Source: Blastocatellia bacterium
Lineage (GTDB): Bacteria > Acidobacteriota > Blastocatellia > RBC074
Assembly (NCBI GenBank): GCA_046154695.1
Contig: JBJXFI010000018.1
Coordinates: 1 to 59,882, forward strand
Direction: 5' to 3'
DNA: 59,882 nt
Shown piece by piece: positions 29,255 through 42,823 of the stretch (the first letter of the stretch is position 1; each line of letters begins with the position of its first letter). Made by a program: the position numbers and the translations under genes. Under the pieces are notes generated by a model, which saw only the letters and a list, made by a program, of their open reading frames with translations, did no database searches and was not told the DNA's origin.

Positions 29255-32200
29255 GTGAAACGATGCCCGGTTTGCAATCGTGAAATGCCCGATACCAAGA
29301 AGTTCTGTGATCGGGATGGGGCGGCGCTCGTTGCGATCGAGCCGGCGCTGCTGCCGCGGCTGATCATCCGGGCGCCGGAGGGCGGGGAGCGGGACATGGC
29401 GATCATCTCCGCGATCTCGACCATCGGGAAGACGCCGGACAACGGCATCGTCGTCACGGATGGCGCGATCAGCCGGAAGCATGCGCAGATCGAGCAGCGG
29501 GATGGACAGTATCTCCTCAAGGATCTGGGAAGCCTGAACGGGACGTTTTTGAATGGGCAGCGGCTCGATTCGCGGGAGCAGCCGCTGAAGGACGGCGATG
29601 AGATCGTGATCGGGCGGACGCGCATGCTGTTTCGGCTGCTGCCCGATATGTCGCAATTCGCGACGGTCGAAAACGACCCGCAGCGGGGACAGGAGCCTCC
29701 GCCTCGATTGACGAGCGTCATTGAGACGCCGCGGCCGCCGGTTCCCGCGCCGGCGCCTCCGGCGAAGCCCGCGGCGCCTCCTCTACAGCCGCCTCCGCAA
29801 TTGGCGCCGAAAGCGCCGCCTCCGCCTCCGCAATTGACGCCGAAACCCGTGCCTCCGGCGCCGCCGCGGATCACGAATCCGGCGATTCCGGAGGGGAAAC
29901 GTCCGGAATATAAGGTGGCGCTGACCGGCGAACTGGTCGTGCCCTCGTCCGCGGCGACCCTGACGGGAGACTCCGGGCCGATCATTCTCGACGGCCGGTA
30001 TGAACTCGAAAAACGAATCCTGCAGGATGCGACCGGGACGCTCTATCGCGCGCGACGAGTGTTGCTGAATGACCGCGTCTCGATTCGGGTGCTGCGGCCG
30101 GAGCTGGTGGGCGAGGAGACCGCGGTCGAGCGGTTTCGCCGCCAGGCGCAGGTCGCCGCGCTGATCCGGCATCCCAATTCCGTGCAGGTCTACGACTTCG
30201 GCTATTCGCCCGAGGGGGCGGCCTATATCGTCGAGGAACTGATCTCGGGCAGGACGCTGCGGGATCTGATTCGCAAAGAGCGGGGGCTGAGCCTTGCGCA
30301 CGTCGTCGGCCTGTTCAATCAACTCTGCGGCGCGGTGCACGCAGCCCATCTGAGCGGGATCATGCTCCGCGATCTGCGGCCGGAGATGATCTATGTCGAG
30401 ACCGACCCGAGCGGCGGCGAACTGATCAAGGTCGGGGGATATGCGCTGGCCAAGATGGAGGGAGCGGGCGCGAGGGAAAAGTCGCTGACCGGTCCCATCG
30501 GCGTGTATGGCCTGCCGCAATACGCCTCTCCCGAACAATTGTTCAATCGGCCGCTGGACGCGCGATCCGATATCTATTCGCTGGGCGTGATCCTGTATGA
30601 GCTGCTCACCGGGACTGTCCCGTTCGACTCCGAGAACGAGAACGAGCTGCTGACGATGCACATGTATTCGTCCGTTCCCGATCTCACCGAGATTGGGCGG
30701 AGCGACCTGGATGAAGGCGTTGCGGCCGTCGTCAACCGGGCGCTGGATCCGTCCCCCAACAGGCGCCAGGCCTCCGCGCTGCAGCTCGCGGAAGAGCTGC
30801 AGGCCGTCTCCGGCGTGGGCGGCAACCCGCTCAGTCAGATGGTCTCGAAAGTCACGGGGCTGCTCTCTTTCCCGCATCTGGTGATCCCGCCGAAGATCCA
30901 GCCTTCGGCGGGGGAACAGGCGCTGCCGTCGGTTCTGCCCGAGGTCCGGGAACAGGGGAAGGGCGCATTCAATCCGGTGGTGATGGCGCTGATGGCCGAG
31001 GCCTTTCTGTCGCGCCTCTCAAGCGGAATGATCAAAACGGCCGTTCCGCTCTATGCGCTGCTGGTCTTCGGAATGAAGATCACTTCGGTCATGGCGCTGG
31101 TGCTGGTTCAGAACATCGTTCCGCTGCTGCTGCGGCCGGTCTTCGGATCGCTGGCCGACAAGCACGGCAAGAAACGGGTCTTTATGGTCTCGCTCACCAT
31201 CCGGACGCTGGTGGGCGTGCTCTATGCGGTCGCTTCGCTGCCGATGCTCTATTTCGTCAGTCTCGTTCGCGGAATCGCGGACTCGGCCAAGGGGCCGTCG
31301 GCCTCCGCAATGATCGCCGACAACACCGATGAGAAGAGCATCGCGCAGGCCTATTCCTGGTACACGACGACCAAATCGACCTCCGGCGGCATCGGCGAGG
31401 CGCTTGCGGCCTTCGTTCTGACGGTGCTGATCGCGGTCTATGCGGGCACGCAGACGGTCAACGTCAATTTCGCGGTCACCGACAAGGTCACGCGCTCCGG
31501 CGCGGGCGCGGAGGAGATCGTCAAGGATCCCGCGCGGATTCGCGTGGGACAGCCGCTCCCCGGCGCCGAGAGCGATCCGGCCGCGCCCAGGGTGGTGCGC
31601 GTCGAGCAGCGCGCGATGCGCCTCGGCGATGTCCCGATCGAGGACCTGCCGAAGGTCGTCGATTCGCCCCCGCTGCGAAAGGCCCTGGTCGCCATCTTTC
31701 TCATCGCCACCGTCTTTTCGCTCGGCTCGCTGATTCTCGTCGCGGTCTTCATCAAGGAAAAGAAGAAAGAGAAGAAAGAGAAGAAGGAGAAGGGCGCGCT
31801 CACCGGGCGGCTCGATGCGCCGCTGGAACAACCGAATATCTGGCTCTTCGCCCTGCTCGGGACCGCGCTGACCGCGCCGGCCTATATGGTCACCGGGGAG
31901 TTCTTCACGATTCTCGCCGTCAAACTCGAGGTCACGCCCTCCTCTCTCGGATGGATCAAGATTCTCGCCGAGACGGCCGTGCCCCTGCTCTTCGGGCCCT
32001 TCTTCGGATGGCTCGCCGATCGCATCGGCGCCGGCCGGGTGATCGCGCTGCGATCCATCGCCAATATGCTCACCTCGGCCCTCTTCTGGATCGTTCCCTG
32101 GTTTGCCGGAACCGCGCTGCTGGGCCTGATGATGGGCGTCGCCCGCGCGATCGACGAAGTCGGCAAGGCCGCTTTCAAGCCGACATGGGGCGCCATCGCC

Positions 32201-32410
32201 GCCAAGGTCTCCAGTTTCAATCTTTCGGCCCGCAGCCGGACCATGGGCATTCTCGAAGGCGGCGTCGACGCCTCCGACCTCGTCTTCCCCGTCGTCGCCG
32301 GCATGCTTTTACAGTATCTGTCGCTCGGGCCGCTGATGCTCGTCCGCGCGATGCTCGCCGTCGCGGCCGAGATTTACGGCTTCCTGCTTATGCGCAAATA
32401 TAAAATCTGA
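29255..32410 (+). CDS. Fusion protein: zinc ribbon - FHA - degenerate Ser/Thr protein kinase-like domain - MFS transporter
   Basis: '[19 protein letters not shown]'. FHA '[30 protein letters not shown]'. Pro-rich linker. Hanks-type fold '[72 protein letters not shown]'. From about aa 570 an MFS domain paralogous to 25352-26572. Confidence 0.85.
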   Translation: MKRCPVCNREMPDTKKFCDRDGAALVAIEPALLPRLIIRAPEGGERDMAIISAISTIGKTPDNGIVVTDGAISRKHAQIEQRDGQYLLKDLGSLNGTFLNGQRLDSREQPLKDGDEIVIGRTRMLFRLLPDMSQFATVENDPQRGQEPPPRLTSVIETPRPPVPAPAPPAKPAAPPLQPPPQLAPKAPPPPPQLTPKPVPPAPPRITNPAIPEGKRPEYKVALTGELVVPSSAATLTGDSGPIILDGRYELEKRILQDATGTLYRARRVLLNDRVSIRVLRPELVGEETAVERFRRQAQVAALIRHPNSVQVYDFGYSPEGAAYIVEELISGRTLRDLIRKERGLSLAHVVGLFNQLCGAVHAAHLSGIMLRDLRPEMIYVETDPSGGELIKVGGYALAKMEGAGAREKSLTGPIGVYGLPQYASPEQLFNRPLDARSDIYSLGVILYELLTGTVPFDSENENELLTMHMYSSVPDLTEIGRSDLDEGVAAVVNRALDPSPNRRQASALQLAEELQAVSGVGGNPLSQMVSKVTGLLSFPHLVIPPKIQPSAGEQALPSVLPEVREQGKGAFNPVVMALMAEAFLSRLSSGMIKTAVPLYALLVFGMKITSVMALVLVQNIVPLLLRPVFGSLADKHGKKRVFMVSLTIRTLVGVLYAVASLPMLYFVSLVRGIADSAKGPSASAMIADNTDEKSIAQAYSWYTTTKSTSGGIGEALAAFVLTVLIAVYAGTQTVNVNFAVTDKVTRSGAGAEEIVKDPARIRVGQPLPGAESDPAAPRVVRVEQRAMRLGDVPIEDLPKVVDSPPLRKALVAIFLIATVFSLGSLILVAVFIKEKKKEKKEKKEKGALTGRLDAPLEQPNIWLFALLGTALTAPAYMVTGEFFTILAVKLEVTPSSLGWIKILAETAVPLLFGPFFGWLADRIGAGRVIALRSIANMLTSALFWIVPWFAGTALLGLMMGVARAIDEVGKAAFKPTWGAIAAKVSSFNLSARSRTMGILEGGVDASDLVFPVVAGMLLQYLSLGPLMLVRAMLAVAAEIYGFLLMRKYKI

Positions 32411-32523
32411 AATTCGTCCGACGCGCGTATAAAAAATCCTCGCGGGCTTTGACCTATTGCCCCGTCCGATTTACAACATACGGCAAGAAACGATCGATTC
32501 AATTCCACACCCGGAGACTGTCT

Positions 32524-33192
32524 ATGAAGAACAAGATATTTCCTGCTGTCGTCTGTATGCTTTTTCTTGGAATTTCGGGCCAGGCGCAGACGCCCGGCCC
32601 TCCGGCGGATAAGGAAGGGTTTGTCTCCCTCTTCGACGGGAAGAGCCTTGCCGGATGGAAGCTCGTCAGCGGGCGGGGCCCCGGCTATATCGTGAAATAC
32701 GGCGAGATCATCTGTCCGGTCGAGGGAGGCGGAAATCTTTACACGGAGAACGAGTACGCCAATTTCGCGTTCCGGTTCGAGTTCAAGTTCGAGCCCGGCG
32801 GGAACAACGGCATCGGCATTCGCGCGCCGCTCGACGGCGATGCCGCATATCAGGGCATGGAGATTCAGATTCTCGATGACCAGCACGAAAAGTATAAGGG
32901 GAAGATCAAATCGGAGCAGCATCACGGCTCGGTTTATGATGTCGTTCCGGCCCGGACCGGCTATCTGAAGCCCGCGGGTGAATGGAATGTGGAGGAGATC
33001 CGCGCCGAAGGGAGCCGCATCCGCGTGACGCTCAACGACGTGATCATCCTCGACACGGATCTCAATCTCGTGCGCGAGGCCGAGGTGCTCAGGAAACATC
33101 CGGGGCTGCGGCGGAAGAGCGGCCACATCGGCTTTCTCGGGCACGGCTCGCTGGTCCAGTTTCGCAACCTTCGCATCAAGACGCTGCCGTAA
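32524..33192 (+). CDS. Secreted DUF1080 (3-keto-disaccharide hydrolase-like) protein
   Basis: Signal '[18 protein letters not shown]'. '[71 protein letters not shown]'. Confidence 0.8.
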   Translation: MKNKIFPAVVCMLFLGISGQAQTPGPPADKEGFVSLFDGKSLAGWKLVSGRGPGYIVKYGEIICPVEGGGNLYTENEYANFAFRFEFKFEPGGNNGIGIRAPLDGDAAYQGMEIQILDDQHEKYKGKIKSEQHHGSVYDVVPARTGYLKPAGEWNVEEIRAEGSRIRVTLNDVIILDTDLNLVREAEVLRKHPGLRRKSGHIGFLGHGSLVQFRNLRIKTLP

Positions 33193-33237
33193 GGTTGTTC
33201 GGAGTTCCGCCTTCAGGCCAATGGCATTAAGTTTAGA

Positions 33238-33485
33238 GGGTGTATTGAAGTTCTTTTGCCTCAACCCGCAAAGCGGGTGGCAGCATATAGCCTGGGGTGA
33301 AGGCGAAGCCAGAACCCCAGGGTTGGTAAAAACCGTTGTCAAGCCCGTGAAACGGGCGACAGCGAACGCTCTGCCGCCCGTTTCACGGGCTTGCGAGCGT
33401 TTTCGATGCGGTCCTGGGGCTTACGCCCCAGGCTATATGCTGTCGCCTGCTTCGCAGGCTGCAAAAATCGAATTTCAAAACACCC
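33238..33485. repeat. ~250-bp compound imperfect palindrome made of nested small hairpins (MITE-like or structured RNA)
   Basis: Symmetry centre near 33365. AAGCCCGTGAAACGGGCG (33341-33358) pairs with 33375-33392 (18/18). CAGCATATAGCCTGGGG (33281-33297) pairs with 33426-33442 (17/17). Outer GGGTGT..TTGAA pairs with TTCAA..ACACCC. Confidence 0.8.
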
Positions 33486-33486
33486 A

Positions 33487-33840
33487 CTACGGGATGCTCC
33501 ACAAGATATACGCGGCCAGCACGGCGCCGGCGATCGCGCTGCCGTAACAGATCACGGCGATCAGCTCGTTCAGATGCTTGATCTGCAGCCCATCGTACAG
33601 CGTAAAACGAAACCGGTGCGCGCCGTGAAAAAGCGGCACCGAACACAACACGAACAACACGAGCCGCATCAACGGCTGCCGCGCCAGCCCCAGCATGCTC
33701 TCATAGCTCGGCGCCTCGACCCAGCCGAGCGGAATCGCCAGGCCGAACAGGAAGAGCAGCGCTGGAAATACCAGCGCCGCGATCATTCCGCCGGAACTGA
33801 AGAGCGACCACAGAAACGGCTCATTCGATCGTTTGCCCAT
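33487..33840 (-). CDS. frdD: Fumarate reductase membrane anchor subunit D
   Basis: 'KRSNEPFLWSLFSSGGMIAALVFPALLFLFGLAIPLG..HGAHRFRFTLYDL' parallels E. coli FrdD. 117 aa counted from 'MGKRSNEP'. Confidence 0.8.
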   Translation of the reverse strand: MGKRSNEPFLWSLFSSGGMIAALVFPALLFLFGLAIPLGWVEAPSYESMLGLARQPLMRLVLFVLCSVPLFHGAHRFRFTLYDGLQIKHLNELIAVICYGSAIAGAVLAAYILWSIP

Positions 33841-33841
33841 C

Positions 33842-34276
33842 TCAATTCCCTCTCGTAAAAAGCCACCAGATGACCGCCGAGACCGCCAGCCACAGCGCAT
33901 AGTTCGGCGCGGAGATCATCCAGTCCGGCAGCCGCTTTCCGCCCACCCGCACCGGCATCGCCTTCGGCGCCAGGTTGAACCACGTGATCGAGTGATAGAG
34001 CACAAAGAGAAACGCGATGAGGCTCATCACGAGAAACGACGGCGTCCTCCACCACGCCAGAAATGCGGCGTAGCTTTCCGGCCCCCGGGACAGGCTCCAG
34101 ATCATCCAGAGCAGCAGCACGCCGACATAGCCGACCGCGATGCTGCTCAGTTCCCGCAGGATGAATTTGAAGGACCGCCATTGCTCCATCCACCACCAGG
34201 TGGAGACCCGTTTGCGATACCACTTGGGACGATAGAGGTTATAGGCCGGCGATTCTTTCATCTCGGAATCCTCCAT
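33842..34276 (-). CDS. frdC: Fumarate reductase membrane anchor subunit C
   Basis: 'YRPKWYRKRVSTWWW..FILRELSSIAVGY..GPESYAAFLAWW..LYHSITWFNLAPKA' parallels E. coli FrdC. Confidence 0.8.
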   Translation of the reverse strand: MEDSEMKESPAYNLYRPKWYRKRVSTWWWMEQWRSFKFILRELSSIAVGYVGVLLLWMIWSLSRGPESYAAFLAWWRTPSFLVMSLIAFLFVLYHSITWFNLAPKAMPVRVGGKRLPDWMISAPNYALWLAVSAVIWWLFTRGN

Positions 34277-34324
34277 GCTCCAATTGCCATTTCAGAGCTG
34301 AATGCGGCCATTCCGGCGCGCTTC

Positions 34325-35068
34325 TCATTTCTTGCCCCACGGCATGAGCACCGATTTGTACCAATCGGTCACCGCCTTGATCTTGTACTGCTGGATGGCC
34401 CCCGCAGGATCGACGTTCTTCGGGCAGGCTTTCGTGCATTCTCCGTTGAAGGTGCAGCCCCAGATGCCGTCGTGCTGGGAAAGGATGTCGAGGCGCTCCT
34501 CGGCCCCCTGATCGCGGGAGTCCTCGTTATAGCGCTGCGCCAGCGCGATGGCCGCCGGCCCGATGAAATGCGGATCCAGCCCGACGACCGGGCACGCGGC
34601 GTAACAGCACAGGCAGTTGATGCACATGCTGAACTGTTTGTAGTTGTCCATCTCCCGGGGCGTTTGCAGGTATTCGCCTTCCGAGATCGGCTTCTCTTCC
34701 TGGCGGACGATCCACGGGTTGACGCTCTTCAGCTTGTTGATGAAATCGGTGATCTCCACGACCAGGTCGCGAACGATCGGAAAGTAGCGCAGCGGCTCGA
34801 TGCGAATCGGCCCCGGCGCATAGTGTGTCAGGAAGGTGGCGCAGGTGAGCTTCGGCTCCCCGTTGACCATCATCCCGCAGCTCCCGCAGACGCCCATCCG
34901 GCAGCTCCACCGAAACGAAAGCGATCCGTCCAGCCTGTCCTTGACGTAATTGAGCGCGTCGAGCACCACCCAGTCTTTATTGAGGGGCACCTCGAACCGC
35001 TCGAACGCGGGCTCCGCTTCCTGCTCGGGCCGGTAACGCGCGACCTCGAGAGTGATCGTTTCAGCCAT
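34325..35068 (-). CDS. frdB: Fumarate reductase iron-sulfur subunit
   Basis: Cys clusters '[15 protein letters not shown]' (2Fe-2S), '[12 protein letters not shown]' and '[12 protein letters not shown]'. Confidence 0.9.
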   Translation of the reverse strand: MAETITLEVARYRPEQEAEPAFERFEVPLNKDWVVLDALNYVKDRLDGSLSFRWSCRMGVCGSCGMMVNGEPKLTCATFLTHYAPGPIRIEPLRYFPIVRDLVVEITDFINKLKSVNPWIVRQEEKPISEGEYLQTPREMDNYKQFSMCINCLCCYAACPVVGLDPHFIGPAAIALAQRYNEDSRDQGAEERLDILSQHDGIWGCTFNGECTKACPKNVDPAGAIQQYKIKAVTDWYKSVLMPWGKK

Positions 35069-35074
35069 CTATCC

Positions 35075-36820
35075 TCACTTTCCATACACCCGCTCGGCGG
35101 GTGGCCATCGGGTAATCGTGACGGGCAGATACTCCACCCGCGATGTGCCGTCGTCGTTGCGGTAGACCATAGAGTGGCCCAGGAACTTCTCGTCGTCCCG
35201 CGCGGGGAAGTCCGTTCGCTGGTGCGAGCCGCGCGATTCCCTGCGATCGAGCGCGCAGGCGATGATCGTCTCGGCCACATCGAGCATATACGAAAGCTCC
35301 AGCGCCGCCGTCAGCTCGGTGTTGAACGTGTGGCTGTGGTCGCTGATGGCGACATTCCTGAACCGCTCCTGCAATTTGCCGATCGCGTCGGAAGCCGTGG
35401 CCAGGGAGTCGTGCGTGCGGTAAATCCCCGCGCCGTCCTCCATCGCCTTCTGCATCGCCGACCGGATGTCGGCGATGCTCTCGCGGCCGTCCGTTTTATG
35501 GAGGAACGTCCCTTCCACCCGGCGCTTCTCATCCAGGGCCTGCGCAAGGATCCGCGCCGTGTTTCCGTCCTTCTGCTCCGAGGCGAACACGGCGGCGGCC
35601 TCTCCCGCGCGCCGCCCGAAGACCAGCAGCTCGGTCAGCGAATTCGACCCCAGCCGGTTCGCGCCGTTGATGCTGACGCAGGCCGCCTCGCCCGCGGCAT
35701 ACAACCCCCGGATCGGCGTCGCCGCGTTGATGTCGGTGTGAACGCCGCCCATCATGTAATGCACGACAGGGCGCACCGGAATCATCTGTTTGGCCGGATC
35801 GATGTTCTCGTATTTCAGGCAGAGCTCGCGAACGAACGGGATCTTGGCGTTGATCTTCTTCTCGCCCAGGTGCCGAATGTCGAGGTAAACGACGTGGCCG
35901 TATGGCGTTTCAATGGTGCGCCCTTTTTCGAACTCCTTGACGAAGGCCTGCGACAGCCGGTCGCGCGGCCCCAGCTCCATCGAGCGGAGCACGGGCGTCG
36001 GCTCCGGTTTGCCCAGGCTGTAATCCTGCAGATACCGGTAGCCGTCCTTGTTGAGCAGCCACCCGCCCTCGGCGCGCGCGGCCTCCGTGATCAGAATGCC
36101 GGTGAAGGGCAGCCCCGTCGGATGGTACTGGACGAATTCCATGTCCTTGAGCGGCACCCCCACGCGATACGCCAGCGACATCCCGTCCCCGCACTTGATG
36201 TTGGCGTTGGTCGTGAACGGAAAAACCTTTCCGCAGCCGCCGGTCGAAATGATCACCGATTTGGCCAGGATCGTCTGTATCCGGCCGCTCATCAACTCGA
36301 TGGCGACCACGCCGCGCGCCTGCCCGTCGTCCACCAGAATCTTTGTGACGAACCACTCGTCATACCGATTGACGCCGGTGTATTTGAGCGAGGTCTGGTA
36401 GAGCGTGTGAAGCATGTGGAAGCCCGTCTTGTCGGCGGCGAACCACGTGCGCTCATTCTTCATTCCGCCAAAAGGGCGCACCGCGACCCGGCCATCCGGC
36501 TCGCGGCTCCACGGACAGCCCCAATGCTCGAGCTGCAGCAGCTCTTTCGGCGCTTCCCTGACGAAATACTCGACCGCGTCCTGGTCGCACATCCAGTCGC
36601 CGCCCGAGATCGTGTCGTAGCAATGCTCGTCCAGCGTGTCGTTGGGTTTGATGACGCCGGCGGCGCCGCCTTCGGCCGAGACCGTGTGGCTGCGCATCGG
36701 ATACACCTTCGAAACGACGGCGATGTTGAGTTTCGGATTGAATTCGGAGATGGCAATGGCCGCGCGCAGACCCGCCCCACCACCGCCGATCATGAGAACA
36801 TCGTGGAAAGAGACATCCAT
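35075..36820 (-). CDS. frdA: Fumarate reductase flavoprotein subunit
   Basis: '[15 protein letters not shown]', FAD-histidyl motif '[10 protein letters not shown]', 'HYMMGGV', 'RLGSNSL'. Confidence 0.9.
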   Translation of the reverse strand: MDVSFHDVLMIGGGGAGLRAAIAISEFNPKLNIAVVSKVYPMRSHTVSAEGGAAGVIKPNDTLDEHCYDTISGGDWMCDQDAVEYFVREAPKELLQLEHWGCPWSREPDGRVAVRPFGGMKNERTWFAADKTGFHMLHTLYQTSLKYTGVNRYDEWFVTKILVDDGQARGVVAIELMSGRIQTILAKSVIISTGGCGKVFPFTTNANIKCGDGMSLAYRVGVPLKDMEFVQYHPTGLPFTGILITEAARAEGGWLLNKDGYRYLQDYSLGKPEPTPVLRSMELGPRDRLSQAFVKEFEKGRTIETPYGHVVYLDIRHLGEKKINAKIPFVRELCLKYENIDPAKQMIPVRPVVHYMMGGVHTDINAATPIRGLYAAGEAACVSINGANRLGSNSLTELLVFGRRAGEAAAVFASEQKDGNTARILAQALDEKRRVEGTFLHKTDGRESIADIRSAMQKAMEDGAGIYRTHDSLATASDAIGKLQERFRNVAISDHSHTFNTELTAALELSYMLDVAETIIACALDRRESRGSHQRTDFPARDDEKFLGHSMVYRNDDGTSRVEYLPVTITRWPPAERVYGK

Positions 36821-37124
36821 GTTGTGCTTGACTCCTCACGCCGCAAGCCGGGCGGCTCGCGGGGAACCAGTTACTTCGGCGGAAGAAGCGGCGAATGCGA
36901 CGCCCGGCTTCTTCACCAATTTTCGTGAACTGCGAAAGAGCCTCTGCTGGCAGGCTGGCATACCGCCGCGCAGCCCGGAGATTCACCCGGTAGGGATGAG
37001 TACGTTCTTATTTGATTGTTCTGAAATAGAAAACTTCGCTGGACGATGGAAAACGCACCGTAGTCTACGCATCTCCCCCGTAAGCGTCAACGGAACGGCG
37101 TCGGCAATCGCACAAGGGAGTGAT

Positions 37125-37163
37125 TAAAAGCATGAAACCTTGCGCCCCGGCGGGGGGGCGCAA
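37125..37163 (-). terminator. Candidate intrinsic terminator after the DinB-family gene
   Basis: 9-bp GC stem TTGCGCCCC/GGGGCGCAA (37140-37163). On the minus strand it is followed by GGTTTCATGCTTTTAATC. Confidence 0.4.
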
Positions 37164-37232
37164 GTCCGAGCTACATCGGTACATGGTTTTTTGGCGCGGA
37201 TCGACGAGCGTCCCACTTGTTTCCATTCCGGT

Positions 37233-37886
37233 TTAGCTTCTTGGCCGGACCTTCCTGGGAAAATTCGGATCCGCCTTCACTTCATCGATCTGTTTGTTGT
37301 GCCGAAAATTGTGAAGCGGGATGTAGACCAGCCACTGATACGCGTTCAGCGTGCCGAAGACCGGGAACGGGTGGTCCAGGGTGTGCGCCTTGAGCGGCTT
37401 GTCGGTGGTCTCGATGAACTTCAGCGAACGGGCGCGCCCCTCCTTCAATTTTGCGACGACCTCGTCCCGCGAAAGCTTCCCCGTGGGAACGATGGCCTCG
37501 GGCGCGCTGGCCTTACCCTTTCGACCGACCATGACATCTTCGAGAAAGGCCGTTTTGCCTTTGGTCTTCTCCTCCCAGTCGGGATTGGGTTTCGCGTTGA
37601 GCGCCTGCTCCATCGCGCCGAAGAGCAGCCCCTCCGCCATCGAGATATGCTCCGCGACTTCGAGCACGGACCATTTTTCCGGCGCCGCCTTGAATTTCAA
37701 CTGGGCCTCGGTCAATCCCTCGAGCGCCGCAAGCGTCTGGGCATGGGAATCCTTCATCCACTGGATCGCCTTTGCGCGCTCTTCGGCCGTCAATTTGCCC
37801 GCTTCATCGGCCGCGAGGCCGGCATCCGCCCCCGCAAAGAGGCCCACAGCCAGTACCGACAGCAGTAATCCTCTGAGTCTCTTCAT
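37233..37886 (-). CDS. Secreted DinB-family (DinB_2) protein
   Basis: Signal '[16 protein letters not shown]'. '[15 protein letters not shown]', '[22 protein letters not shown]'. ATG at 37886. Confidence 0.7.
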   Translation of the reverse strand: MKRLRGLLLSVLAVGLFAGADAGLAADEAGKLTAEERAKAIQWMKDSHAQTLAALEGLTEAQLKFKAAPEKWSVLEVAEHISMAEGLLFGAMEQALNAKPNPDWEEKTKGKTAFLEDVMVGRKGKASAPEAIVPTGKLSRDEVVAKLKEGRARSLKFIETTDKPLKAHTLDHPFPVFGTLNAYQWLVYIPLHNFRHNKQIDEVKADPNFPRKVRPRS

Positions 37887-38090
37887 TTCGTTTTCCCTCC
37901 TCGGAAATTCGGAAACCAATATAGTTGTTTTTGTGTGTCGACGTGGAAGCTTCACATATGCGCGGCTTATCTTCAAGATTGCACTTTTGAATTTTTCCCA
38001 TTGAGGGTAGACTGCTGTTTACCGCCGCGAAAAAAACGGAACGATGGATTCTTCCCACGATCTGAACCAAATCGAATCTCAGGAGGCTGG

Positions 38091-38807
38091 ATGGCGGCTT
38101 CGGCGCAACGTCTGGAAAGCTCAGCGGCAGGACTGCTCGCGCGCCTGTGGCAATCCTCGGTAGGCAAGAAGTATGTAATGGCGGTGACGGGCCTGGGGTT
38201 ATGGCTCTTCGTCATCATTCATCTGCTGGGAAATTTGCAGGTCTTTCTGCCGCCGGGCGTGATCAACAACTATGCCCACACGCTCAAGGCGAACCCCGTG
38301 ATCCTGTGGGGCGCGCGGGCGGGTCTGCTGGCGACGGTGGGGCTCCACATCACGGCGGCGATTCAATTGGCGATCGCGAACCGGCGCGCGCGGCCCATCG
38401 GCTACGCGGCGGGCAAGCCGGTGGAATCCTCCCTCGCGCAACGAACGATCGTTGTGAGCGGACTGGTGATTCTCGCCTTCATCCTCTTCCATCTCTCGCA
38501 TTTCACGATCGGCCTGGTCGATCCCGGACTGCTCGCGCTCCGGGATCCGCAAACCGGCTATCACGACGTTCATAAAATGATGGTCATGGGATTCTCGAAT
38601 CTCTATTTCGCGGGATTCTATATCCTCTCGATGGGGCTTTTAATGTTTCATCTGAGCCACGGCGTCAGCAGCCTCTTTCAATCGCTGGGGCTGCGAAGTA
38701 AAAAGACGCACCGCTTTTTTCACATGGTCGCGCATCTGGTTGCCATTGCGATATTTATCGGCAACTGCTCGATTCCGCTGGCGATTATGGCGGGGAGGAT
38801 CAAATGA
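38091..38807 (+). CDS. sdhC: Succinate dehydrogenase/fumarate reductase cytochrome b subunit (b558-type single anchor)
   Basis: Five predicted TM helices with conserved His ('[13 protein letters not shown]', 'LHITAAI', 'LFHLSHF', 'MFHLSHG'). AGGAGG SD 5 nt before the ATG at 38091. Confidence 0.8.
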   Translation: MAASAQRLESSAAGLLARLWQSSVGKKYVMAVTGLGLWLFVIIHLLGNLQVFLPPGVINNYAHTLKANPVILWGARAGLLATVGLHITAAIQLAIANRRARPIGYAAGKPVESSLAQRTIVVSGLVILAFILFHLSHFTIGLVDPGLLALRDPQTGYHDVHKMMVMGFSNLYFAGFYILSMGLLMFHLSHGVSSLFQSLGLRSKKTHRFFHMVAHLVAIAIFIGNCSIPLAIMAGRIK

Positions 38808-38883
38808 ACGCCCCGCGGCGACGGGCAAAAGACTCATCGCAAGGTTTTCTTCCGGGGCGGAGCAGGCACTTCCATTATTCGTT

Positions 38884-40806
<1,923 letters not shown>

Positions 40807-40986
40807 TTCGTGACGTTGTAGCGACATTCGGCCAGTACGTTTCAGTCGGCAGTCAGCGGTCGTTTGCTGAAGGTTCCCGGCGCGCGCCGGAGAACACTAT
40901 ACTTGCTTGTGACGGTAGGCGAATCGCTGGCTGCCGGAAACCTCTCTTCACGGAATCGATCCGTGCGACACTATTCAGGAGCAGGA

Positions 40987-41739
<753 letters not shown>

Positions 41740-41789
41740 GTTGAGCTTTTCCAGCCCATTTTCCAGTCCATGGCAATGGCCCCACCCGG

Positions 41790-41815
41790 GAGCGCCGAGC
41801 GCCTGCTCGGCGCTC
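41790..41815 (+). terminator. 10-bp perfect GC-rich hairpin downstream of sdhB (no clear T-tract)
   Basis: GAGCGCCGAG-CGCCTG-CTCGGCGCTC, flanked by a second pairing ATGGCAATG/CATTGCCAT. Confidence 0.3.
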
Positions 41816-41905
41816 TGAAAAACATTGCCATCCTTATAAACATCCGCCCCCGAATCCGGTACTATCGGACGTCCTACAATTTCAGCCAACCAAAGGAGAA
41901 TCCAC

Positions 41906-42823
41906 ATGGCCAGAGTAATCTTCGCGAAGGGCGTCAAGGGCGAGATCGTCCGAAAAATCCAGCGCAAATTGACCGAATTGAGTTTCGACACAAACGGGAT
42001 CGACGGAGACTACGGGAACGGCACGCGCAAAGCGATCGTCGCGTTCCAAACGGAGAAAGGCCTCGATCAAACCGGCGAGGTGGACACGACGACATACGAA
42101 GCCCTGATGGGAGCTCCGATACCGGCGGTCTCCGAGCGGGCGCTGCAGTTGACGGCGGCCTTCGAGGGGACCGGGTTCACGAGGGCGGTCGGGAACTTCG
42201 ATGGCGCGGGCATCACGTGGGGAATCATCGGCTTCACGCTCCGGCACGGGGAGTTGAAGAAGATTATCATGACGATCAATGACGAGGAGCCGGCGCTCGT
42301 CCGGGCGGCCTTCAAGACCAAGACCGATGAGCTGCTGGCGGTCCTCAACTCCTCGCTCGCGAAGCAGCTCGCCTTCGCCGACAGCATCAGCCTGGGCGCA
42401 GGCAAGGTCAGGCTGGCCGAGCCGTGGCGGTCCTCATTCGAGCGATTCGGAGAGTTCGACCGGGTGCAGGCGCTGCAGCTCGAGCGCGCCGAAAAGGACT
42501 ATATTCAACCGGCGCGGCTGACGGCGGACAAGTTCGGATTGAAGACCGAGCTGGGGCTTTCGCTGGCCATCGACATCCACGTTCAAAACGGGCGAATCAA
42601 GGATCCCGCGGCGGAGCAGATCAGAGCCGAACTGGCGGCCCATCCGATCTCGAATGAACGGGAGCTGCGCGTCATCATCGGCAATGCCGTCGCCGATAAG
42701 GCCAATCCCAAATTCCGCGAGGACGTTCGCTCGCGCAAGCTGACGATCGCCACCGGCGCGGGCTCAGTCCACGGGGCGACGTACATCCTGCGAAACTGGG
42801 GGCTCGACAATCTGCCGCTGTAA
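41906..42823 (+). CDS. Peptidoglycan-binding (PG_binding_1) domain protein with lysozyme-like/GH46-like C-terminal domain
   Basis: 'GEIVRKIQRKLTELSFDTNGIDGDYGNGTRKAIVAFQTEKGLDQTGEVD' is a PG_binding_1 repeat. The function of the C-terminal 'TAAFEG..GNFDGAGITWGIIGF' region is uncertain. Confidence 0.6.
   Translation: MARVIFAKGVKGEIVRKIQRKLTELSFDTNGIDGDYGNGTRKAIVAFQTEKGLDQTGEVDTTTYEALMGAPIPAVSERALQLTAAFEGTGFTRAVGNFDGAGITWGIIGFTLRHGELKKIIMTINDEEPALVRAAFKTKTDELLAVLNSSLAKQLAFADSISLGAGKVRLAEPWRSSFERFGEFDRVQALQLERAEKDYIQPARLTADKFGLKTELGLSLAIDIHVQNGRIKDPAAEQIRAELAAHPISNERELRVIIGNAVADKANPKFREDVRSRKLTIATGAGSVHGATYILRNWGLDNLPL

Noticed and set aside
37012-37025. FNR/CRP-like site TTGATTGTTCTGAA upstream of frdA.
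   Set aside because: Only the left half-site matches TTGAT-N4-ATCAA, and the right half matches 3 of 5 positions. The site lies ~190 nt from the start codon, so the evidence is too weak without a matrix scan.
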